NCBI RefSeq assembly: GCF_028368995.1
Contig: NZ_JAQNDL010000003.1
Coordinates: 1,248,001-1,312,000, forward strand
Direction of reading: 5' to 3'
Source of the DNA: Nannocystis bainbridge
GTDB taxonomy: Bacteria > Myxococcota_A > Polyangia > Nannocystales > Nannocystaceae
DNA: 64,000 nt
Below the pieces are notes generated by a model. It did not search any database, was not told the DNA's origin, and was given only the letters and a program-made list of their open reading frames with translations. Made by a program: the position numbers and the translations under genes. Of the stretch, positions 45,115 to 55,351 are shown one piece after another. Every line of letters begins with the position of its first letter. The stretch's first letter is position 1.

Positions 45115-45672
45115 TCAATCAAAGCACACCTCCTCGGTCGGCTGGCAGTCCTCGACCCAAGCCGCCGGGTCGCCGCACTCGGGCGTGAACGCGATCAGGC
45201 ACGCCTCGAACAGCTCGCGCGGCTTCAGCATGCAATCGACGATCTCCGCGTAGCCGGGCGGCTGCGTCTGCGAGCGCCACTGCCAGCGCACCTCGTCGGT
45301 CCCCGCGCCGCGGGGGATCAGCCGGTGCAGCGCGCACCCCCCGTCGCAGCGCGCCACCTCGATCACCCCGGTCGCGCGGTCGTAGAGGGCAGCCAGCGCG
45401 CACATGCCCGCGGGGCCAGGTCCCTCGCAGCCGCCCGCGCAGTCCCAGGCCGGGCACAGCGGGTTGTCGAGGCACGCGAACAGCCCCTCCGGCAGGTGCG
45501 GCCCGCTCGCCCCCGGCTCCTCGCTCGCCTCGCTCGTCGCCGCCGTCGTCGGGTCGCCCGCGCCCGTCGTCGCCGTCGAATCACCCGTGCTCGCATCGGG
45601 CGTTCCCGGCAGTCGCTCGCTGCACCCGGCGATCCACACGAAGATTCCGAGCCCGACGAGGCGACGCAGCAT
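45115..45672 (-). CDS. Cys-rich hypothetical lipoprotein
   Basis: IAGC lipobox, Thr linker, Cys-rich C-terminal domain. Confidence 0.65.
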   Translation of the reverse strand: MLRRLVGLGIFVWIAGCSERLPGTPDASTGDSTATTGAGDPTTAATSEASEEPGASGPHLPEGLFACLDNPLCPAWDCAGGCEGPGPAGMCALAALYDRATGVIEVARCDGGCALHRLIPRGAGTDEVRWQWRSQTQPPGYAEIVDCMLKPRELFEACLIAFTPECGDPAAWVEDCQPTEEVCFD

Positions 45673-45795
45673 GCTTCCACCATAGCCGCCGGCTCGCGGC
45701 TCCGCGCCGCCGGTCCGATCGCGGTACGAGCCTCGCGCGGATTCGCCCGGCTCGATCCGCGCCACGGCCTCGCGCGTCGCGGGCATCATGCGCCC

Positions 45796-46173
45796 GTGAC
45801 TGCCCCCCAGCTCCGCCAGATCGGCGCCGCCTCGGCGCTCGTGCTCCCTGATGCCGGCCCCGCCCTCGGCACCCTCGACGACGCCATCCAGCTCATCGGC
45901 GACGCCGGGGGCAGCGACGCCGACACCGTCGTCATCCCGGTCGCCCGTCTCCACCCTGATTTCCTGGTCCTGCGCACCCGCATGGCCGGCGAGTTCACGC
46001 AGAAGTTCGTCCAGTACCGCTGCCGCCTCGTCATCCTCGGCGACCTCTCGCTCGCCCTCATCGACAGCCCCGCCCTCCGCGACTACGTGCGCGAGGCCAA
46101 CCGCGGCGACGACGTGTGGTTCTTCGCCGACTGGCCCGAGCTCGAGCGCCGCCTCACCGGCGAAGCGGCCTGA
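45796..46173 (+). CDS. DUF4180 protein
   Basis: DFLVLRTRMAGEFTQKFVQY...GD...SPALRDYVREANRG. Confidence 0.85.
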   Translation: MTAPQLRQIGAASALVLPDAGPALGTLDDAIQLIGDAGGSDADTVVIPVARLHPDFLVLRTRMAGEFTQKFVQYRCRLVILGDLSLALIDSPALRDYVREANRGDDVWFFADWPELERRLTGEAA

Positions 46174-46355
46174 GCCGCGGCTGGGCCAATCGCAACACAT
46201 GTCCTATCGGCCATGTCTTACGAATCGCCGAGCGCCGTGGACCCCGGCGCGTCGTGCCACCGCCGGCGGCGACCGTCCTCGTCCATAGTCGCGCGATTTT
46301 TGTCACGCCTCCTCGCGGTCGGTTCCTCACCGAACGGTGCTCTAACCGCACCTGC

Positions 46356-47453
46356 ATGAGCGGCGCTCTCCTCTCTCCCCTTCGTCTGCGCAACGGCCTC
46401 GTCGCCCGCAACCGGGTCTGGCTGGCCCCGCTGACCAACCAGCAGAGCCGCGACGACGGCGTGTGTTCGCCCGAGGAGCAGCGCTGGCTCGAGCGGCGGG
46501 CCGAGGGCGGCTTCAGCGTCGTCGAGACCTGCGCCGCCCACGTCTCGCGCGACGGCCAGGGCTTCGACGGCCAGCTCGGCGTGTGGGGCGATCATCAGCT
46601 CCCGCGCCTGCGCGAGCTCGCCGCCGGCATCACCGGCGCCGGCGCGATCGGCCTCGTCCAGCTCTACCACGGCGGCGTCCGCTCGCCCTCGCGGTTGACC
46701 GGTCAGCAGCCGTGGAGCGCCAGCAGCTTCACCGAGGCCAAGCCCGACTTCGAGGTCCCGCGGGCCGCCGACGTGCGCGACATCGAGGACGCGCTCGACG
46801 CCTTCGAGCAGGCCGCGCGTCGCGCCGCCGCCGCTGGATTCCAGGGTGTCGAGCTCCACGGCGCCCACGGTTATCTCCTCGGTCAATTCCTCAGCAGCGC
46901 CATGAATCAGCGCACCGACGAATGGGGCGGCAGCTTCGCCAATCGCGCTCGCCTCATTCGCACCGCCGTCCGCCGGGTCCGCGCCGCCACCCCCGCGCAA
47001 TTCCTCGTCGGTGCGCGGATCTCCCCCGAGGATTTCGGCCACGCCCGCGGCCTCGACCTCGACGAATCGTTGCAGCTCGCCGCCTGGCTGGCCGAGGACG
47101 GCGTCGATTTCCTCCACGTCTCCCTCTGGGACACCAGGAAGAACACCGCCAAGCGCCCCGACCAGCACCCCGTCCCGCTGTTCCGCGCCGCCTTGCCGGC
47201 CGGCGTGCCGCTGGTCGTCGCCGGCAACATCTGGACCCGGGCCGAGGCCGAGGCCCAGCTCGGGCTCGGCGCCGACTTCGTGGCTCTCGGCAAGGTTGCG
47301 ATCTTGAACCCCGACTGGCCGCGACGCGCCGCCGATCCGGCCTACGAGCCCGAGCGCGGCCCGCTCACGCCCGCCCAGCTGCACGACCTGGCCATCAGCG
47401 ACACCTTCGTCGACTACCTGCGCCGCTTCAGGACGATCGTCCGCGACGCCTGA
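46356..47453 (+). CDS. NADH:flavin oxidoreductase (Old Yellow Enzyme family)
   Basis: RNRVWLAPLT, QLYHGG, GVELHGAHGYL, NQRTDEWGGS. Confidence 0.92.
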   Translation: MSGALLSPLRLRNGLVARNRVWLAPLTNQQSRDDGVCSPEEQRWLERRAEGGFSVVETCAAHVSRDGQGFDGQLGVWGDHQLPRLRELAAGITGAGAIGLVQLYHGGVRSPSRLTGQQPWSASSFTEAKPDFEVPRAADVRDIEDALDAFEQAARRAAAAGFQGVELHGAHGYLLGQFLSSAMNQRTDEWGGSFANRARLIRTAVRRVRAATPAQFLVGARISPEDFGHARGLDLDESLQLAAWLAEDGVDFLHVSLWDTRKNTAKRPDQHPVPLFRAALPAGVPLVVAGNIWTRAEAEAQLGLGADFVALGKVAILNPDWPRRAADPAYEPERGPLTPAQLHDLAISDTFVDYLRRFRTIVRDA

Positions 47454-47475
47454 GCTGCCGTCGCCCATCCTGGCG

Positions 47476-47536
47476 CGCTGTGGTGATTCGCCACAGCTCG
47501 CCAATCACCCCAGAGGCCGCCGCTGTGGTGATTCGC
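47476..47536 (-). repeat. Two direct copies of CGCTGTGGTGATTCGC plus an inverted half copy (REP-like)
   Basis: Copies at 47476 and 47521; AATCACCCCAG at 47503. Confidence 0.7.
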
Positions 47537-47676
47537 AACGCCCCGCTCTCCTCTCCAGCTGCGCCCCGATCTATCACCCCCCTCTGAATTTTCCCGCGTG
47601 ACAATGCCGCCGCGCCGCGCCGATCGCCGCCTGCGACGGCGCGAATAAGTCGCCTCCCGGGGCGTCACCGGAGGCC

Positions 47677-48393
47677 ATGACAATCCATCGAAGCGTGCAT
47701 CGCGGCCTCCTCGCCTGGACCCTCGCCTGCGCCGGCGGATGTGGGGACGACGGCGGCGGCTCGACCGGCGACGGCTCCACCACCGAGCCCGCGACCTCCG
47801 CGGCCACCGACGAAAGCACGGGCGCGCCCGGCACCACCACCGACGGCACCACTGGCACTTCCACCACCGGCGAGGACCCGACGACCACCGGCGAGCCGGA
47901 GACCGGCAGCACCACCGAGGCCCCGATCGACGGCAGCGGCCTCAATTGCATGACCCCCGCGACCCCGATCCCGAATCCGGTCCCGCCGGAGATCCTTCCG
48001 ACCTCCTTCACCTTCGATTTCGCCGAGAGCGGGACCGTCGGCGATATCAACGTCAAGCTGCGCACCAGCGAGCTCAAGAGGGCATCCTACGTCGAGATCC
48101 GGCTGACGCACGGCGAGACCACGGTCGTCCTTTCCAAAGACAATTGCGAGGAGAACAAGGACTTCAGCGTCGTCTTCGACGACGAGGCCGGCCCGTTCAC
48201 CTGCTGCGGGGACATCTTCTGCTCCGGCGATCCGCTCGTCGGCGACTTCCAGCCCACCGAGCCGCTCGCCGCCTTCGCCGGCCAGCCGATCGCCGGCACC
48301 TGGACGCTCGACATCTACCCCTTCACGTGGTCCCCGGACCTGCCGTATCAGGGCATCGTCGAGGAGTTCTGCCTCGACATCTCCCTGCCCTGA
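47677..48393 (+). CDS. Lipoprotein with proprotein-convertase P-domain-like C-terminus
   Basis: Signal peptide and Cys, Thr linker, VFDDEA...P.EPLAAFAGQPIAGTWTL. Confidence 0.7.
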   Translation: MTIHRSVHRGLLAWTLACAGGCGDDGGGSTGDGSTTEPATSAATDESTGAPGTTTDGTTGTSTTGEDPTTTGEPETGSTTEAPIDGSGLNCMTPATPIPNPVPPEILPTSFTFDFAESGTVGDINVKLRTSELKRASYVEIRLTHGETTVVLSKDNCEENKDFSVVFDDEAGPFTCCGDIFCSGDPLVGDFQPTEPLAAFAGQPIAGTWTLDIYPFTWSPDLPYQGIVEEFCLDISLP

Positions 48394-48577
48394 TCGAAGG
48401 CGGAGCATCGCTGCGATCGCCGGCGCCGATCGCCGGCACATGTCTCGAGAGACATGTTGTGTCAATTCATCGCTGTCCGCTCGCCGATGCGCATGCCCGC
48501 GCGTGGCATCGCGCCTGCGCGCCCGCGAGCGCTCGCCGTACTTGTGCGCCGGCGGGTCGCTCCCGTATAGCCTGATC

Positions 48578-49456
48578 ATGCGCCGCTCCCTGCTCCTCGC
48601 CTCCCTCGCGCTCGCCTGCACCCCCGCGCCGCCCCAGGGAGTGAGCACCGAGCCCCGCCCTCTCGCGCCCGAGCTCCCCACGCCCGCCCCTGCCCCTGTC
48701 CCCACGCCGGTCCCTGCGCCCACGCCTGCGCCTGCGCCCGTCGTCGCCCCCGCCCCTGCCCCCGCGCCGACCTTGCTCGCCGGCCCCGACCGCTATCGCC
48801 TGCCGAGCGCCGCCCGCTGCCAGGAGGGCGAAGAGGGCCCCTTCTGCGGCGTGTACATCGTCGACGCCGCCACCGGCGACACCACCACCCTGCTGACCCG
48901 CGACGGCTCTGCCTGGCTCGTGCGCGTCGGCAAGACCGAGACGCCGACGGTCGTCGAGTTCGTGGAGATGCCGCGCCCCCCGGAGCAGATCCAGCCCCTC
49001 GATCTGCCGCGCACCGACGCCGGAGCGATGATCGCCTTTTTGCCGCCGCATCCGCTCGTGCCCGAGCCCTTCGCGCTCGCCGGCGTGCGCTCCTTCTTCG
49101 GCGATTTCGTCGTGCTCGGCGACAAGTTCTACGGCGCCGGCCTCGTCAAGGACACGACCCTCCTCGAGATCGATCCCAGGGCCCGCAGCTTCAAGCCCTT
49201 CAACCTCGCCGGCAAGTCGCCGCTCTCCATTCAGCCCGCGGGGCAAAACCTCGCCCTGTCGCTCGCAGGCAAAAAGCGCAAGACGGTCGCCACCTTCGAA
49301 GTCGCGACCGGCAAGCTGCTCCGCGAGTTCGCGCTGCCCCGCGACCTCGAGCCCGAGTGTCGGCGCAGCCATCACTATTACGGCGAGGACCAGGCGCATT
49401 TCGACATGGCGACGGGTCGCTTTTACGTCGGCTTCTCCTGCTTCCCCGACGCCTGA
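48578..49456 (+). CDS. Hypothetical lipoprotein with Pro/Ala linker
   Basis: ALAC lipobox; PAPAPV repeats; beta-rich domain. Confidence 0.65.
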   Translation: MRRSLLLASLALACTPAPPQGVSTEPRPLAPELPTPAPAPVPTPVPAPTPAPAPVVAPAPAPAPTLLAGPDRYRLPSAARCQEGEEGPFCGVYIVDAATGDTTTLLTRDGSAWLVRVGKTETPTVVEFVEMPRPPEQIQPLDLPRTDAGAMIAFLPPHPLVPEPFALAGVRSFFGDFVVLGDKFYGAGLVKDTTLLEIDPRARSFKPFNLAGKSPLSIQPAGQNLALSLAGKKRKTVATFEVATGKLLREFALPRDLEPECRRSHHYYGEDQAHFDMATGRFYVGFSCFPDA

Positions 49457-49808
49457 CAGCAATCGTCGGGCTGCTTCCTCCAGAGCGGAGCGGGGTCCTC
49501 CTTCGCCTCGTCCTGCCGATGAGGAGTTCCCTGACATTGCTATGAGCGGCGCGCGCCGCGGGCTGCCCTCCTCGCGCAGACCTGCGGTCGGACGTCCGTC
49601 CCGCGAAGCAGTTTGTCCGCGCAGCGGCGCACGACCGACCGCATCGCTCCTTCGCGCCTCGCCGCGCCCCCGAAGATTCTCGTCCATACGGCCTCGTGCG
49701 GGCTCCATTCGTCGATTCTCCGTCGCTCGGAATACATGTCCCTCGGGCTATGTTCCATCCCATCAGGACCACCGAGGTGCGCCTCGCTCTGCCTCCTCCG
49801 GAGGCCTC

Positions 49809-50171
49809 AGCGGCGGCGGCCTGGTCAACCTCGCCCGCTACCTCGGCGCCAAGTACCCCGATCAGCGCCTCGGCCTGGTCTCCTCCACCCTCGACGTCAC
49901 GATCCGCTTCTTCTTCGGCTACGGCGAGGACGAGTGCACCCCGAAGACCATCAACGTCCCCGCCGGCGAGTTCGAGGCCGGGCTCGTCGACCTGCGCGAC
50001 AACTACGTGCACGAGCCTTCCGGCGTGTGGAGCACCTACCTGGTCGGCGGCAGCGACGCCCACGTGTGGACCATGAGCTCGCGGTTCGCCAACACCCACG
50101 TCGACGGCGTCCGCTTCGTCGACTGGCTCACCGACCTGCTGGCCGGCGAAGCCCGCCACGTCGGCCCGTGA
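49809..50171 (+). pseudogene. C-terminal fragment of a pectin-acetylesterase-like (myxobacterial) hydrolase
   Basis: GGGLVNLARYLGAKYPDQRLGLVSS..D.TIRFF...H...VDGVRFVDWL has strong coding bias but no plausible start; the upstream in-frame sequence does not look coding. Confidence 0.6.
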
Positions 50172-50452
50172 CCTGCGCTCGCGGACATGCCCAATCGGAC
50201 ATGTCCACGCAGACACATCACACCTCCGCGCCGCAGGTGCGCGCGACGGCTCGATCCGCCGCCGCGATCGAGGTCATCCTTCGCGTCTTCCGCCGTCGAC
50301 TCGCTTCGAGCGGGCAATGACCGCCCGACCGTTCGCCTCGTTCCTGCTGCCCCGAGGACGTCGCACCTGAGGCCGCTCGCGGGTCCGGGTCGGCGATCGC
50401 GCAATGATTTGTCGCCCGCCGCCTCGAACCGCGCGGGGGCATCTGCTACAGC

Positions 50453-51127
50453 ATGGCGATGATCGACCTCTACACCGCAGCCACGCCCAACGGGCACAAG
50501 GTTTCGATCGCGCTCGAGGAGATGGCTCTCCCTTACGAGGTCCACGCGCTCTCGCTCACCCGAGGCGACCAGAAGCAGCCCGAGTTCCTCGCCATCAACC
50601 CTAACGGGCGGATCCCCGCGATCGTCGACCGCGACGCCGGCGACCTCGCCGTGTTCGAGTCGGGCGCGATCCTCATCTACCTGGCCGAGAAGACAGGTCA
50701 GTTCCTCCCCACCGAGGCGCACGCGCGCAGTCGCGTCCTTCAGTGGTTGATGTTCCAGATGGGCGGCGTCGGCCCGATGATGGGCCAGGCCAACGTCTTC
50801 TTCCGCTACGCCCCCGAGAAGATCCCCTACGCCATCGGCCGCTACCAGCGCGAGGTCCGGCGCCTGCTCGAGGTCCTCGACAAGCGGCTCGCCGGCGTCC
50901 CCTACCTCGCCGGCGACTACTCGATCGCCGACATGGCCACCTGGCCGTGGGCCCGCGCCCACGACTGGGGCGGCGTCAGCATCGACGGCCTCGACCACCT
51001 GCAGCGCTGGCTCCGCGACGTCGGCGAGCGCCCGGCCGTCGTGCGCGGCTACGCCGTCCCGCCCTCCGAGGCCCCGCAGCCGACCGACAAGACCGTCGAG
51101 GGCATCCGCAACACCCTCCTCGTGTGA
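50453..51127 (+). CDS. Glutathione S-transferase, YfcG/YghU (Nu) class
   Basis: [40 protein letters not shown]. Confidence 0.92.
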   Translation: MAMIDLYTAATPNGHKVSIALEEMALPYEVHALSLTRGDQKQPEFLAINPNGRIPAIVDRDAGDLAVFESGAILIYLAEKTGQFLPTEAHARSRVLQWLMFQMGGVGPMMGQANVFFRYAPEKIPYAIGRYQREVRRLLEVLDKRLAGVPYLAGDYSIADMATWPWARAHDWGGVSIDGLDHLQRWLRDVGERPAVVRGYAVPPSEAPQPTDKTVEGIRNTLLV

Positions 51128-51209
51128 CAGCGCCGCCGAAGATCGACCAGTCTGTTCCGTCAGGTCCGAAGGGACATGCCCCGAGAGACATGTCCCAAGA
51201 CCGTCCGCC

Positions 51210-52787
51210 TCACGCCAGCCCGTAGAGCGAATCGACCAGCGCGTCGAGGGCCGGCGCGACTGACGGGTCGCCCGCGCGCCAGCGGTCGACCAGCCTGACG
51301 ATCTCCGCCGCCACCTCCCGGTCCCAGTCCTCCGGGGCCGGCACCGGCAGCCCGCGCAGCTGGCGGGGACCGATCCGCAGGTACCCGCGGGCCAGGCGGT
51401 CGCCGCCGTGCACGTGTTGATAATAGTCGTCGATCACCCGGCTGTGCACGATCGCCGCCAGCACCCGCAGGTCGTCGGGCCACCAGCAGATCGTCGTCGA
51501 CTTGCCGGCCAGCACCTCGCCGCGGGCGTCGATCGTCGCCTCGATCGAGCGCGTCATCCCGGCCACGATCAGCTTCGGCGTGCGCGCCTGGGCCAGCCGG
51601 CGCGGCGGCAGGCGCTCGGGCGCCGCGATCACCGGGCGCAGGAAGCTGCGGCCCAGGTAGCGCAGCGGCGTCTTGCCCCACAGCTCGGCGCAGCGGTCGA
51701 TCGTCCCGCTGTTGACCACGCGCAGCCCTGCTTCGCCCTCCACGATCAGCTCCGCGATCGCGTAGGCCTCGCCGACGGTCGCCGCGCCCCACACCTGCGC
51801 CAGCTCGCCGAGCGGCCGGCCGACCGCGCGCATGTGGGCCACGCAGGCCGCGTCGCCGCGGCCCGAGATCGGCCACGGCCCCTGGGACAGACCTGTCCCG
51901 AGGGACATCTCCTCACATTCGTCCGTGCCGCGCCGCAGCGCCACCGGCGTCGCCTCGCCCGGGCCGCGGCGGGCCACGAACGCCAGCGGGTAGACCCCGG
52001 CCGCGAACGGCAGCGCCTCGCTCAGGTCGTACAGCGCCACCAGCCGGGCCTCGCGCGTCAGCAGCCGGCGGGTCGCCGCCGCGTAGTCGGCCGACGCCAG
52101 CTTGTTCGGCACCACCAGCGCCACGTAGCCGCCCGGCGCGCACAGGCGCAGGCCGAGCTCGATGAACACGCAGAACAGGTCCCAGTTGCCGCGGGCCGCC
52201 TCGTAGCAGCCGGCGCAGTGGCGGCGCAGCGCCGCGTGGTGGCGCGTCATCGCCTCCGCGTCGACGAACGGCGGGTTGCCGAGCACCGCGTCGAAGCCCC
52301 CCGCCGCCAGCGCCGCCGGGAACTCCTCCGCCCACACGAACGGCTGGCCCGCCGCCGCCGGCGCCCCGGCCCCCAGCAGCGCGTTGCCGACCTTGATGTT
52401 TTCGGACATGTCCTCGGGGACAGCTCCCACCAAGCCCGCCACCGCCGCGCGCGCCAGCAGGGCCGCCGCCGGGTCGACGTCGACCCCGAAGATCGCCGCC
52501 TGCAGCAGCGCCAGCCGCTCGCCCGCGCTACGCGCTTCACCTGTCTCTCGGGCCATCTCCTCGTCGCGGGCCAGCAGCGCCGCCGCGGCCGCGATCAAGA
52601 ACGCCCCCGCGCCACACGCCGGGTCGACCACCCGCACCGTCGCCCCCGCCGGCGCCGCCGCCAACACGCGCCCGAGCGCGTCGTCGACCAGCCGGCGCAC
52701 CAGCGGCGCCGGCGTGTAGAACACCCCGTCGCGCTTGCGGCGGGCCGGATCGAGCCCGCGTTCGTGCGCCCGCGCGGCCTCGTTCAT
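51210..52787 (-). CDS. Gamma-class N6-adenine DNA methyltransferase (TaqI/Eco57I-like), orphan
   Basis: GVFYTP, VVDPACGAGAFL, IFGVDVD, GNAL, FDAVLGNPPF, TaqI-C-like target-recognition domain (PKLIV...LRGLPVP). Confidence 0.88.
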   Translation of the reverse strand: MNEAARAHERGLDPARRKRDGVFYTPAPLVRRLVDDALGRVLAAAPAGATVRVVDPACGAGAFLIAAAAALLARDEEMARETGEARSAGERLALLQAAIFGVDVDPAAALLARAAVAGLVGAVPEDMSENIKVGNALLGAGAPAAAGQPFVWAEEFPAALAAGGFDAVLGNPPFVDAEAMTRHHAALRRHCAGCYEAARGNWDLFCVFIELGLRLCAPGGYVALVVPNKLASADYAAATRRLLTREARLVALYDLSEALPFAAGVYPLAFVARRGPGEATPVALRRGTDECEEMSLGTGLSQGPWPISGRGDAACVAHMRAVGRPLGELAQVWGAATVGEAYAIAELIVEGEAGLRVVNSGTIDRCAELWGKTPLRYLGRSFLRPVIAAPERLPPRRLAQARTPKLIVAGMTRSIEATIDARGEVLAGKSTTICWWPDDLRVLAAIVHSRVIDDYYQHVHGGDRLARGYLRIGPRQLRGLPVPAPEDWDREVAAEIVRLVDRWRAGDPSVAPALDALVDSLYGLA

Positions 52788-53050
52788 GCCGGCGATCCCG
52801 GGCCCGCGGCGATCTCCAGCGCGCCCGCCGCGGCGCCCCTGGACGGCGACCACGGCCCGCTCTCCGCCCTCGCCAGGCCCGCCCGCGGCCAGCCCGGCCG
52901 GGCCACGAGCGCCTCGCCGCGGACCTTCGCGGCCCGTCCGGCCCGCGGCTCACGCGACCTGGCGTCGGCGCACACCGGCGCAGTTTACCCACGCCCGCCC
53001 GTCTGTGCTACCACTCCCGCGCGGACGGCTCGCCACCTGTCCGGAGAGAC

Positions 53051-53788
53051 ATGTCCCAACAAACAGCCTCGCCCGAACGGCTCGCGCCGGTGATCGCCCC
53101 CTCGCTGCTCAGCGCCGACTTCGCCCGCCTCGGCGAGGAGGCCGTCGCGCTCGACCGGGCCGGCGCCGACTGGCTGCACGTCGACGTCATGGACGGCCGG
53201 TTCGTCCCCAACATCACGATCGGCCCGCTGGTGGTCCAGGCCCTGCGCCCGCACACCGCGCGCGTGCTCGACTGTCACTTGATGATCGAGGAGCCCGAGC
53301 GCTACGTCGAGGCGTTCGCCGACGCCGGGGCCGACATCATCACCGTCCACCTCGAGGCCTGCCGCCACCTCCACCGCAACCTCCAGCAGATCCGCGACCT
53401 CAAGCGCAAATCTGGCGGGCGGGTGCTGGCCGGCGTCAGCCTCAACCCGCACACCCCCGCCTCGGCCCTGGTCCACGTGCTCGACCTGTGCGACCTCGTC
53501 CTCGTCATGAGCGTCAACCCCGGCTTCGGCGGCCAGCAGTTCATCCCCGCCGTGCGGCCCAAGATCCGCGAGCTGCGGGCCATGATCACCGCCGCCGGCC
53601 TGCCGACCCGGATCGAGGTCGACGGCGGCGTGACCGTCGACACCATCGCCGACATCGCGGCGGACGGCGCCGACGCCTTCGTGTCCGGCACCGGCGTCCT
53701 GCGCAGCCGGCAGTTCGGTCGGGACTACGCCGCCGCCATCGCGGCCCTTCGGGGAACCGCCGATGCCGCCATGATCTGGCGCACCTGA
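53051..53788 (+). CDS. rpe: Ribulose-phosphate 3-epimerase
   Basis: IAPSLLSADF, HVDVMDG.FVPNIT, DCHLMI, MSVNPGFGGQ, EVDGG. Confidence 0.96.
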   Translation: MSQQTASPERLAPVIAPSLLSADFARLGEEAVALDRAGADWLHVDVMDGRFVPNITIGPLVVQALRPHTARVLDCHLMIEEPERYVEAFADAGADIITVHLEACRHLHRNLQQIRDLKRKSGGRVLAGVSLNPHTPASALVHVLDLCDLVLVMSVNPGFGGQQFIPAVRPKIRELRAMITAAGLPTRIEVDGGVTVDTIADIAADGADAFVSGTGVLRSRQFGRDYAAAIAALRGTADAAMIWRT

Positions 53789-53881
53789 CCGGCCGTCCGG
53801 CCCCGCGGAGGCCCTGCGCGATGGCGCGGGAAGTTGGCTGGCGGCGCAATCGGTGTCACAAACGGGCGCGTCGATTCCGCC

Positions 53882-54967
53882 ATGCCGTCGCTCGTCCGTC
53901 ACTCCTCGTTCGTCGCGTTCGCCCTCGTGCTCGCAGCCGCGGGCGACGTCGCCGCCCAATCGCCCACCCCAGCCCCGCCGGCCGAGCCGCCCGACGAAGA
54001 GGCCGCGCCGCCTGCCGAGCCCACGCCGCCGCCTGCCGGTACTGCCGCCTCGACCGCCAAGACGACCGGCACCATCGGCACCCAGGCCCCGGCCAGCAGC
54101 GGCGCCGCCAACCTCGACGACGCCAAGTTCGCCACCACCAGCACCACCGAGCCGATGGACGCCACCGAGGCCGAGGTCTCGGCGGGTGGTCTGTTCACCT
54201 CTGGCAACGCGCGCTCGGCCGCGATGACCGGCGGCGGCCGGTTCCGGATCCGCCGCAAGATCCACGAGTTCCAGGCCCAGTTCGTCGGCAACTACGCCCA
54301 GGCCGCGATCCGCCTGCCCGACGGCGAGCGCAGCAGCCAGCTGACCGCCGGCAACGTCCAGGGCCGGGTGCGCTACGACGTCTACTTCCACCCGCGGGTC
54401 ACGTTCTTCACCATGCTGACCGCGCGCTTCGACCCGTTCCTCGGGCTCAACATGCGCATGCGGGTCGACCCGGGCTTCGCGTTCTACATCATCAACCAGC
54501 CCAAGCACCGCCTGTGGGCCGAGGCCGGCTACGACTTCCTCTACGACCAGCGGCGGCTGCGTCGCGGCGCCGACAATGCCCAGTGTCCGGCCGGCACCAC
54601 CCTCGTGCTCGACGTGCCGAACACCACCGCGGCGATGCCGACCTGCGCCGCCCGCTCGAGCGTCGCCACCCACTCGGGCCGCGTCTTCCTCGGCTACACC
54701 AACCTGCTGTCCGAGTACGTCACCTTCACCACCGGCATCGAGTACATCCAGGCGTTCGCGCCGTTCCGCTCCAACGCGGTCGAGACCGACGGCGGCAAGG
54801 CGCGCAGCAAGTCGTGGGTCAACTGGGACGTGGGCCTCACCACCGCCCTCGGCAAGCGCTTCGCCTTCGCCACCAGCTTCACCCTCCGCTACGACAACGC
54901 CCCGCTGCCGGGCATCAAGAAGCTCGACACGATCACCTCGTTCAGCCTGGTGTTCCGCTTCATCTAG
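53882..54967 (+). CDS. DUF481-family outer-membrane beta-barrel
   Basis: Signal peptide; GG.FTSGNA; alternating beta-strands; YDNAP.PG.KKLDT; C-terminal FRFI. Confidence 0.8.
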   Translation: MPSLVRHSSFVAFALVLAAAGDVAAQSPTPAPPAEPPDEEAAPPAEPTPPPAGTAASTAKTTGTIGTQAPASSGAANLDDAKFATTSTTEPMDATEAEVSAGGLFTSGNARSAAMTGGGRFRIRRKIHEFQAQFVGNYAQAAIRLPDGERSSQLTAGNVQGRVRYDVYFHPRVTFFTMLTARFDPFLGLNMRMRVDPGFAFYIINQPKHRLWAEAGYDFLYDQRRLRRGADNAQCPAGTTLVLDVPNTTAAMPTCAARSSVATHSGRVFLGYTNLLSEYVTFTTGIEYIQAFAPFRSNAVETDGGKARSKSWVNWDVGLTTALGKRFAFATSFTLRYDNAPLPGIKKLDTITSFSLVFRFI

Positions 54968-55017
54968 GCCGGCCCGCGAGCGACCTGCCCCAAAGGACAT
55001 CCGCCCAGCGCGCCGCC

Positions 55018-55325
55018 GGCTGTCTAGTGGGACATGTCGAAAAGGACATGCCCTTCGGGACACCCGGTCTGGCTGCCCCGCGGACACGTCCTTGAAGGCA
55101 CGGCCTTCGGGTCGCCGAACCGGCGTGACCTCGGGAGCATGTCCCTGAGGCCATGCCCTTCGGGTCACCCCACCCGGCCTGTCCCGTGGATATGTCCCCG
55201 AAGACATGCCCTTCAGGTCACCCCACCGCCATGGCTCGTGGACATGTCCTTGAAGCCATGCCCTCCAGGTCACCCGATCGCCAGGGCACCCGGTCACCGG
55301 GCGCGACCTGTCCCTCAAGCCAGAT
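55018..55325. repeat. Tandem array: 5 units of 52-53 bp built on the 14-bp-phased CATG motif
   Basis: Core hexamers at 55032, 55084, 55137, 55190, 55242; consensus GGACATGTCCyTGAAGmCATGCCCTTCrGGTCACCC plus ~17 variable bp. Confidence 0.85.
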
Positions 55326-55351
55326 CGCTCTGATTTTTTCTTAGAAGAATC

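Noticed and set aside
55018-55325. CRISPR array call for the 52-53-bp repeat
   Set aside because: Repeats are degenerate, variable parts are only ~17 bp and partly similar to each other, and there are no cas genes or leader in the window.
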